From a bacterium (GTDB lineage Bacteria; Bacteroidota; Bacteroidia; Bacteroidales; UBA932): a DNA stretch of 63,196 nucleotides. The stretch lies in assembly GCA_963626825.1 (NCBI GenBank), contig CAVFXO010000032.1:1-63196 (forward strand), given 5' to 3'. Shown here piece by piece: positions 55,879 to 63,196 of the stretch. How positions within the stretch are numbered: the first letter of the stretch is position 1; each line of letters opens with the position of its first letter. The notes beneath the pieces were generated by a model. That model made no database searches. It was not told where the DNA came from and saw only the letters and a program-made list of their open reading frames with translations. Made by a program: the position numbers and the translations under genes.

Positions 55879-57453
55879 TCAATATTTAATTTGAGTCAGG
55901 ACAAGTACTGAATTTTCAGGAATGAAGAGATGGAAGGCCTCCCCGTCCGAAGAAAGCTCCTGAACGGAAGAGAGCAGCCTGTCATCCGAAGGAAGCTCGT
56001 CTTCAGCATAACGATAGACGTCGCAGTTGTTCAGACCGCCCTCCATAGAATTGGAGAGACTGCAGCTGACATCCTTGGAACTGCCGTTCGCGAAAATATA
56101 TGTCCATTTGCCGTCAGAAGAGCAGACAGCCGTCGCGGCGACGAAATCGTCTTTGCATTGAATCGGATAAACTGTCGAACCTTTACGCACGAAACGGGTA
56201 AGAAGCCCATAGGAATAGTACTGCGGACGGCAGGTGTAGTCTCCTTTTATGCCGCCGAGATCCGCCGACTGATATGCAGAGTTCTTGTATATCCAGAGTC
56301 CAAGCTGCTGCATCTGTGCATAGGCCTCGTTCCTGAGGTAATACTGGTCTATAAGACTCCAGTAGCTTACTCCGCTTGCGCCGGCATTGAGGAAATTGAC
56401 GGCGAGACGAGGCATCAGGACGCCGCGCTTGTATGTGTTGATGTCTTTCTGGCGGGTTGCGCCCACTGTCTGGTCGGAGCCGAACTCACCTACGAAATGC
56501 GCCTTTCCGGCCTTGGCAGCAGCCTTGACGTTTTCCTCCTCCCAAGAGATGACCTTGGCATTGGACGTTTTATAGCCGAAAATATAGCAGTGGCTGTTGA
56601 ACAAATCCGCCTGCGACGACAGACTTAAAGCCGATGCCTGAAGCCAGTTCAGTGCGTTGTCGGTATTGTCGGAAAGATTGAGCTTAACCCCATCCCTGAG
56701 GCCTTCGGCCTTGAGCTTGGCATCCAGAGCCTTGCAGTCGGAAACATAATTCGTGAAAGATGTGGTGTTCCCGTTAGGTTCGTTGTATGGGGTCAGCTCC
56801 TTGATGCAGGTATAGTTTTTCGTCTCCTTGAGATACTTGTAGAGAGCCACGAAATTCTCCGCAAACTCCTCGCTGTCATTCGTTCCGGTGACCCAGTTGG
56901 TGCCGTTATCCGCAAGGAAATGCCTGCCAATGTTGCCGTTTGCGACAGTATTGGCACTTATCGGGCAGCCCCAGAGAACGAGAGTCACGTCAGCACCGGT
57001 CTCTTCCGCGAGATCCAGCACAGCATAGAGAGACTCCATCTCCTTGTTGTCAAAGGTAAATGCCGACCAGTCGAAGACGTTCGGATCGGAATTGTCGTTT
57101 GACGGCTCCCACCAGTGAGGAAGCAACATCACACGATAGCGCTGAACCTCCATTGCACGGCAGCGCTTTACCACAGTCCTCTTCCAGTCAAGTTCCGTCG
57201 CGCCATCGCGGCGTGTCACGTTCTGGCTAAGAAAATGAGGATCAAGTTCCACGCCCACTCCCATAAGGGTCGCGCCGGTGGAAGTGCCGCTGACGGTCAG
57301 ATTCCAGGCGGATCCGGAGTTATAGCCATCCATTGCGGAAGGCGGAGTGCCGGGGTTTTTACCGCAGGAAACCGCACAGAATGCAAGCAGACATACGGTC
57401 ACAAAGGACTGTAACACACCACCACTCAGCTTGTTACAAATATTGAACAACAT
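55879..57453 (-). CDS. Clan GH-A glycoside hydrolase lipoprotein (GH30/GH39/GH5-like, family uncertain)
   Basis: PYNEPN acid/base and FVGEFG nucleophile motifs, C-terminal beta-sandwich, lipobox AVSC. Confidence 0.7.
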   Translation of the reverse strand: MLFNICNKLSGGVLQSFVTVCLLAFCAVSCGKNPGTPPSAMDGYNSGSAWNLTVSGTSTGATLMGVGVELDPHFLSQNVTRRDGATELDWKRTVVKRCRAMEVQRYRVMLLPHWWEPSNDNSDPNVFDWSAFTFDNKEMESLYAVLDLAEETGADVTLVLWGCPISANTVANGNIGRHFLADNGTNWVTGTNDSEEFAENFVALYKYLKETKNYTCIKELTPYNEPNGNTTSFTNYVSDCKALDAKLKAEGLRDGVKLNLSDNTDNALNWLQASALSLSSQADLFNSHCYIFGYKTSNAKVISWEEENVKAAAKAGKAHFVGEFGSDQTVGATRQKDINTYKRGVLMPRLAVNFLNAGASGVSYWSLIDQYYLRNEAYAQMQQLGLWIYKNSAYQSADLGGIKGDYTCRPQYYSYGLLTRFVRKGSTVYPIQCKDDFVAATAVCSSDGKWTYIFANGSSKDVSCSLSNSMEGGLNNCDVYRYAEDELPSDDRLLSSVQELSSDGEAFHLFIPENSVLVLTQIKY

Positions 57454-57619
57454 AAATGATCTAGCTAATATTAATTATGTTCTCTTCTGTCCGTTTCGGT
57501 TTTCTTCCCTCAAAATTAAGAAATTTGTCAGTTAGACTACCGAATTACAAGTTGCAAAGTAACAACTAAAAACACTAACAATCGGATAAAATCTGATTGA
57601 AAATTATAGATTTTTGACA

Positions 57620-58423
57620 CTACAGCCCGAAGGCCTCCTTAAGTTCGTCCATCTGGGCGTCGCTCATCCCCTCGGGAGTGAAGCCCATATTGCAGGCCGC
57701 CTCATATATAAGTGCGGATTTGTTAAGCACATCCACCTGATCGAAGGCTTCCATCACGTTCGGCCCGACAGCGCAAACCCCGTGCTTCTCCCACATCACG
57801 ACATCGTATTCGTCGAGCTGCGCTACGGTAGCATCGGCGAGTTCCGCAGACGAAGGCATCTTGTAAGGGATGATTCCCAATCCTTTCGGGCAAAATGCGC
57901 GCGTCTCCGGAATCATGGACCAGAGAATCCTGGTAAGCACGTCCTTCTCGAGGAACGGGCGGTGATGGGTCATCGCCACAAGTTCTATAGGGTGCGTGTG
58001 AAGCGAAGCCTTGTAGCCATTGCCGCGTTCGAGCATCAGAGCGTGCATCGCGAGGTGCGACGCCAGCTCGGAAGTCGGCTTGACAGGGTTGTCGGCGACA
58101 ATTTCATAGCTTGCGCAGTCGTCGCAGATGCGGATGATCGAGCCGTTCTCCATAGGGCGGCGGGCGAGATCACGCATTCGGCGGTTGGTTCCCTTACAGA
58201 AGAACCAGCAACCCTTTAGCCGCGGAAGAGTCTGAACCATAGGCACTTTCTCCGCTATGGCAGGCATCGCGGCCAATTCGGCATCCACCCATTCAGTAAT
58301 GTTCACAACTATGTTACCGCCGTTTCTCTCGGCCCACCCCTTTTCCCAGAGATAGCCTGCGACCTCGGCGACTTCATCAATACAGCGTCTGAGCTGCGGA
58401 CGATTTTCCAATACAGAACTCAT
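57620..58423 (-). CDS. rhaD: Rhamnulose-1-phosphate aldolase
   Basis: GWAERNGGN, PTSEL, HTHP and WEKHG motifs. Confidence 0.95.
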   Translation of the reverse strand: MSSVLENRPQLRRCIDEVAEVAGYLWEKGWAERNGGNIVVNITEWVDAELAAMPAIAEKVPMVQTLPRLKGCWFFCKGTNRRMRDLARRPMENGSIIRICDDCASYEIVADNPVKPTSELASHLAMHALMLERGNGYKASLHTHPIELVAMTHHRPFLEKDVLTRILWSMIPETRAFCPKGLGIIPYKMPSSAELADATVAQLDEYDVVMWEKHGVCAVGPNVMEAFDQVDVLNKSALIYEAACNMGFTPEGMSDAQMDELKEAFGL

Positions 58424-58435
58424 TGTGTGTTCGAT

Positions 58436-59449
58436 TTAAAACAGATTCGGGAATACCAGCGAGAATACCAGCAGCGCAAGTCCGCAGACCAGCACAACGG
58501 CAGTCCTGCGCCCTGACCCCTTCCACTCCTTGAGGATGATACCCCATACGTTGGAGAAGATGACATTCAGCGCCATAAGGATGCACCAGGAGAATTTCAT
58601 CACCACGGAGCCTTCCTCGAAGAACGATTTGCCGACGCCGAGACCGAAGAACTGGCTGTACCAGAGCAGTCCGGCCAGAGCGCAGAAGAGCAGATTGCCT
58701 CCAAGCACCCCTGTGTCAGCGTAATCCGAGAATGTATGATTGCGGAAATTCTTGTACAGGCAGTAAGCGGCATTCGTCACGAAACCTCCGAGAGTGACCA
58801 TCAGAGTGGCCGGGAGCGTGGCGAAGAGCGGCTTCATGCCTGCGACCTGAAGAGATTTTCCGGCATCGAGGCCAAGGTTGAAGCAGGCGGACATCACACC
58901 GGCAAGCACCGCGATAAGAAGCCCTTTGGTGAGAGCGAAGTCCGCGATGGCCTTCTTGCGGTCCTCCTCGCTCATCTGGCGCGAGCGCAAGGCTCCGGCA
59001 TAACCGATGACGGCAATACCCGCGATGGTGAGACAGACGCCGGCGAGAAGAATCAGGCCGCTGCCGTGAAAAAGGTCTTCACGGGCCATAATGGCCGGAA
59101 GAAGAGTTCCGACTGCAGCGCAGAGACCGAGCGAAAGCGATTGGCCCAGGGCGACCCCAAGATAGCGCATACTCAAACCGAAGGTCAGACCTCCGACTCC
59201 CCATAGCGCGCCGAACCCCACAGCCTTGAGAGCTGCGGAAGGATCAGCGGAGAGGATTTCGCCGAGACTGCTGCCGGCCGGAACCGCGAGGAGCGCACCG
59301 AGCAGCGGGAAGATTATCCACGCGAAAATGCCCTGCGTGAGCCAGAAACTTTCCCAGCTCCACTTCCGCATCTTCTTGATCGGAACATAGGAACTCGACT
59401 GGCAGAAACTGCCTATCGCGATTATGAGAAGGCCAATCAGAATATCCAT
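58436..59449 (-). CDS. rhaT: L-rhamnose/H+ symporter
   Basis: WSWESFW, WGVGGLTFGLSMRYLG and WGIILKEW motifs. Confidence 0.95.
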   Translation of the reverse strand: MDILIGLLIIAIGSFCQSSSYVPIKKMRKWSWESFWLTQGIFAWIIFPLLGALLAVPAGSSLGEILSADPSAALKAVGFGALWGVGGLTFGLSMRYLGVALGQSLSLGLCAAVGTLLPAIMAREDLFHGSGLILLAGVCLTIAGIAVIGYAGALRSRQMSEEDRKKAIADFALTKGLLIAVLAGVMSACFNLGLDAGKSLQVAGMKPLFATLPATLMVTLGGFVTNAAYCLYKNFRNHTFSDYADTGVLGGNLLFCALAGLLWYSQFFGLGVGKSFFEEGSVVMKFSWCILMALNVIFSNVWGIILKEWKGSGRRTAVVLVCGLALLVFSLVFPNLF

Positions 59450-59455
59450 AATTAC

Positions 59456-60709
59456 CTACCTTTTAGAAGTTACTGCAGCCTCGTATGCCTGCACCTCGGC
59501 GATGAAATCGCTGCCTGCAGGGACATTGTTGCGGACACAGAACTCGTCATAGACAGCGTTCCACGGCAGGGCCTTGCACTCCTCGAGAAGAGCGAGCACC
59601 TCAAAGTGCCTGTCCTCAAGTTCATACTTGGATATCAACTCTTTAGGTTCAAGCAAAGCTCTAAGCATACACTTCTGGGCGGCACGTGATCCGGTCACAT
59701 ATGCTCCGACCCTGTTCATCGCACCGTCAAAATAGTCAAGTCCATAGTGAACCCTGTCGAGAGCATTGGCACGCACGATCTCGGAAAAGAGTTCGGATGT
59801 ATTGTCGTCCATAATGGTCACGTGATCGGAATCCCAGCGTACAGGACGGCTGACATGGAGCATCAGTTCAGGCACGAAGCACAGAAGGGCTGAAACCTTG
59901 TCGGCAGGGCTCTCCGTCGGATGATAGTGACCAGTATCGATGGTCGGAATCTTGCCGTTCTGAGCGGCATACGCCGTGTAGAAATCGTGTGAGCCCACAG
60001 TGAAGCTCTCCAGTCCGATACCGAAGACCTTTCCTTCGATGCAGTCCTTCATATTTTCATACTTCTGCGCGAAGACTCTGTCGAGGGATTCCTTGAGCAG
60101 GCTGCGGAAAAGAAAATGATTCACTGACACATCCTTGCATCCGTCGTGAACCCAGAGGTTCATGATGCACGGGTCTCCCTGCGCCTTGCCGATGGCCTCG
60201 GCTATCTCGCGGCAACGGATAGTGTGCTCCACCCAGAAGTCGCGGATACCCTTATCCGGATTGGCCAGCGAGAGATTGCCGCTCTTGGGATGAGAGAATG
60301 AAGTGGAGTTGAAGTCGAGTTTCGTATTGTTCTCGCGTCCCCACTCGATCCAGCTCTGGAAGTATTCAGGCGTGACCTCGTCGCGGTCCACCGTCTTGCC
60401 CTTAAAATCTCCGTAGATCTCGTGCAGGTTCAGCCTGTGAGTGCCCGGGATAAGGCTCTTGGCCTTGAGTATGTCAGAGCGAAGTTCGTCTATGTTGCGG
60501 GCCGCTCCAGGATAGTTACCCGTGGTCTGAATGCCTCCTGAGAGCGCACCTGCCTGAATCTCAAAGCCTTTCACATCATCAGCCTGCCAGCAGTGCATAC
60601 TGAGGTGGAAGTCCTGAAGCTGAGAGAGGACCTTTTCCGTGTCAATTCCGAATTCGGCATAACGCTCCTTTGCAATTTCGTATGCCTTAGATATAAGTTC
60701 TTGTTTCAT
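59456..60709 (-). CDS. rhaA: L-rhamnose isomerase
   Basis: SMHCWQADD, TGNYPG, DTGHYHPTE, HVSRPVRWDSDH and GLDYFD motifs. Confidence 0.97.
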   Translation of the reverse strand: MKQELISKAYEIAKERYAEFGIDTEKVLSQLQDFHLSMHCWQADDVKGFEIQAGALSGGIQTTGNYPGAARNIDELRSDILKAKSLIPGTHRLNLHEIYGDFKGKTVDRDEVTPEYFQSWIEWGRENNTKLDFNSTSFSHPKSGNLSLANPDKGIRDFWVEHTIRCREIAEAIGKAQGDPCIMNLWVHDGCKDVSVNHFLFRSLLKESLDRVFAQKYENMKDCIEGKVFGIGLESFTVGSHDFYTAYAAQNGKIPTIDTGHYHPTESPADKVSALLCFVPELMLHVSRPVRWDSDHVTIMDDNTSELFSEIVRANALDRVHYGLDYFDGAMNRVGAYVTGSRAAQKCMLRALLEPKELISKYELEDRHFEVLALLEECKALPWNAVYDEFCVRNNVPAGSDFIAEVQAYEAAVTSKR

Positions 60710-60721
60710 AATATATTACAA

Positions 60722-62182
60722 TTATATGAGTTTACTGTAACGTTCGCGGGCTTCTATCCACTGTTCTCCGCCGCGGGGAGAGAATTTTTTGAGAGACGGG
60801 TCAGATGCGAGAGCGCTGCGCATACCCGACATATTGGCTGCAAGGCCAAGACCGACGAACTGCGCCATAAGGTTCCCGGCAGTAGTAGCTTCGGCCGGTC
60901 CTGCGATGACAGGAATTTCCAGAGAATCGGCAATTATCTGATTAAGAGCATCGTTCATCGAGCCGCCGCCGATAATGTGAAGGCGCTCGATCTTCTGCCC
61001 GGTGAGTTTCTGCAAGCGGCCGAGGACTACGCGGTATTTCAGCGCGAGGGAGGCGAAGATGCAGCGGACAAACTGCGCATCGTTCTCGGGCACAGGCTCT
61101 CCGTGACGGCGGCAGTATTCTTCGATGGCCTTCGGCATATCTTCAGGATTGGCAAAAGCGGCATCGTCCGGGTCAATCAGACTGCGGAAGACATCGCCTT
61201 CGTCCAGCATCCCGGCAATCTGCAGATAACTATACCTGCGCCCCTGCGTTTCCCAGGCGGCACGGCACCTCTCCATCAGCCACATTCCGGTAATATTCTT
61301 AAGGAAGCGGATATTGCCTTCAGCTCCGCCCTCATTGGTGTAATTCATCTCGAAAGACTCGTCGGTCACGATAGGTTTCGCCACTTCCACGCCCATCAGC
61401 GACCAGGTGCCAGAACTGAGATATGCGAAATTCTCATCCGTCGCGGGCACTGCTGCCACCGCAGAACCGGTGTCGTGCCCCGCCACAGCGAATACGGGAA
61501 TCTGTTCCAGACCAGTCTGTGCGGCCACTTCGGCGGACAGTATTCCTATCCTGTCACCGGGCATCACCCTTCTTCCGAAGAGCTTCCGGTCCACTCCCGC
61601 AGCAGCGAGAATCTCATCATCGAAATCGTGTGTCCGGGGATTCATAAGCGCGGTCGTGGAAAGCATAGTATATTCGCAGACTTTCTCTCCGGTAAGCATA
61701 TACGAGACCGCATCCGGCATAAGCAGCAGGCTGTCGGCGGCATCCAGTGCGGAATTGGCCTCGCAGCGCATAGCATAGAGCTGGAAGACGGTGTTGAAAT
61801 TCATTATCTGTATGCCTGTCTTGCGGTAAAGCGTCTCCCGGGAGATTTTCCCAAAGAATTTCTCCGGCATTCCCACGGTGTAATCGTCCCTGTAGGAACG
61901 CGGCTGTGCGAGAATATGTCCGTCTTTCCCGAGCAGCACGAAATCCACCCCCCAGGTGTCCACTCCTATGGACTCTATCTTTTCGCCGCTTCTGGCGGCC
62001 TTGCCCAGGCCAATCAGAATCTCGTGCCAGAGGGCCCAAAGGTCCCAATAGCTGCGCCCTCCTACCTTTATTATATGGTTGGGAAAACGGTGGAGCTCAG
62101 TCATTTCTATACCGTCTCCGGTATATTTGCCCAAGACTACGCGGCCGCTGGTCGCTCCGAGATCTATTGCGAGTGAAGACAT
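60722..62182 (-). CDS. rhaB: Rhamnulokinase
   Basis: AIDLGATSGR, DTWGVDF, HDTGSA, SSGTWSL and TNEGG motifs. Start trimmed to ATG 62182. Confidence 0.95.
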   Translation of the reverse strand: MSSLAIDLGATSGRVVLGKYTGDGIEMTELHRFPNHIIKVGGRSYWDLWALWHEILIGLGKAARSGEKIESIGVDTWGVDFVLLGKDGHILAQPRSYRDDYTVGMPEKFFGKISRETLYRKTGIQIMNFNTVFQLYAMRCEANSALDAADSLLLMPDAVSYMLTGEKVCEYTMLSTTALMNPRTHDFDDEILAAAGVDRKLFGRRVMPGDRIGILSAEVAAQTGLEQIPVFAVAGHDTGSAVAAVPATDENFAYLSSGTWSLMGVEVAKPIVTDESFEMNYTNEGGAEGNIRFLKNITGMWLMERCRAAWETQGRRYSYLQIAGMLDEGDVFRSLIDPDDAAFANPEDMPKAIEEYCRRHGEPVPENDAQFVRCIFASLALKYRVVLGRLQKLTGQKIERLHIIGGGSMNDALNQIIADSLEIPVIAGPAEATTAGNLMAQFVGLGLAANMSGMRSALASDPSLKKFSPRGGEQWIEARERYSKLI

Positions 62183-62290
62183 TTCAGTGCTTTTATGGTC
62201 GATGCAAAATTCGTGGTTTCCGTTCATTAAGACATAAAGTATTATGGTAAAAAGATGTTGTTTTTTGATTTTATCATTATCTTCGCGCTT

Positions 62291-63184
62291 ATGGACGAGA
62301 ACAAGAACATAAAATACTTGCTCTGTGCGAAAAGGGATGAAAACTGGGGCATCACCGTCAATACTGTCGGCAAACAGACTATAGAAAAAGGGTACTCCAC
62401 CTATCCGCCACAGGAAAAGCACCCCGAAGGGTTCTATTTCGACGTGCACAAGGGCCGAATCCTGGACAGCTGGCAGCTGCTGTACATCTATAGCGGCAAG
62501 GGCTGCTTCTATATGGAGGACGGACAGATACTGGAGATAAACTGCGGGGATATGATCCTGCTGAAACCGGGTTTCTGGCACAGCTATCTGCCATCGCGCG
62601 AGACCGGATGGGAAGAATACTGGATAGGTTTCCGCGGGCCGATCTTAACCGACCGTGCGGCATCCGGGTTTCTGGACAAAAGCATTTTCCGCGTGGGCGT
62701 ACGGGAGGACATCGTCTCCCTGTACAACGACGCCATACAGATCGCCGTCCAGGAAAAGCCATCCTACCAGCAGTATCTGGCCGGCACAGTGAATATGCTC
62801 CTGGGGCTGACCATCTATTACGATTCTAATCAGTCAACCGCGGAAAGCTATGCCGCAGACAAAATAAACTGGGCCAAGGCTCTGATGAAGGAGAAGTTCC
62901 GCGAAAATCTCGATTTGGCAAACATAGCGCAGGAAGCCGGGATGAGCTATTCCTGGTTCCGCAAGAAATTCCGCGAATACACAAACATCTCCCCTGCCCG
63001 CTACATCCTCGGGCTGCGCATACAAGAGGCCTGCCGGTTGCTTGCCGAATCTTCCCTTACCATCAAGGAAGTGGCCTATAGCGTCCAGTTTGACGACTGC
63101 TCCTATTTCTCCGCAATGTTCCTGCGCGAGGTCGGGATGACCCCGTCCGAATACCGCCGCCGCTTCCAGGTTAATTTCTTGTAA
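62291..63184 (+). CDS. AraC-family regulator, probable rhamnose activator
   Basis: Cupin domain plus AraC HTH (FRKKF..YT..SP..Y, YFS..F....GMTP..YR); divergent from rhaB. Confidence 0.9.
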   Translation: MDENKNIKYLLCAKRDENWGITVNTVGKQTIEKGYSTYPPQEKHPEGFYFDVHKGRILDSWQLLYIYSGKGCFYMEDGQILEINCGDMILLKPGFWHSYLPSRETGWEEYWIGFRGPILTDRAASGFLDKSIFRVGVREDIVSLYNDAIQIAVQEKPSYQQYLAGTVNMLLGLTIYYDSNQSTAESYAADKINWAKALMKEKFRENLDLANIAQEAGMSYSWFRKKFREYTNISPARYILGLRIQEACRLLAESSLTIKEVAYSVQFDDCSYFSAMFLREVGMTPSEYRRRFQVNFL

Positions 63185-63196
63185 AACGGCGAGACG

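Overview
A Bacteroidales chromosomal window, judged from TAnnTTTG promoters, SusC/SusD genes and the rplM-rpsI-rpsB-tsf order. It begins inside the 5' end of a minus-strand 16S rRNA gene. The first 25.7 kb is mostly housekeeping: chrA pair, GH20, lpdA/lplA, PPIase, flippase, tsf-rpsB-rpsI-rplM, frr-pyrH, an orphan sdhC, dusB, lpxK, hemW, a U32 protein, aminopeptidase P, an M16-like protein and Nif3. A 3.3-kb accessory islet (25.7-29.0 kb) ends at tRNA-Gly(GCC). It holds structured palindromic elements, nested IS3 remnants, a frameshifted DUF5675-type toxin tip with an intact downstream immunity-like gene, and a duplicated tRNA 3' end fused to a hairpin-rich element. After it come a four-gene lipoprotein cluster, queF and yhhQ behind a preQ1-I riboswitch, pheS and a C69 dipeptidase. 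The window ends with a 17.5-kb tandem-susCD polysaccharide utilization locus (GH78, GH5, an unclassified clan GH-A enzyme, two paralogous LRR-like lipoproteins) next to the rhaBATD operon and its AraC regulator. The best candidates for something undescribed are an unannotated sigma54-type small RNA antisense to ATGAAAAAA start regions (about 3275-3378), a dispersed family of GAA-capped hairpin elements with one copy fused to a tRNA fragment, the orphan immunity module, and the rhamnose/mannose PUL. All calls come from reading the sequence; no searches were run.
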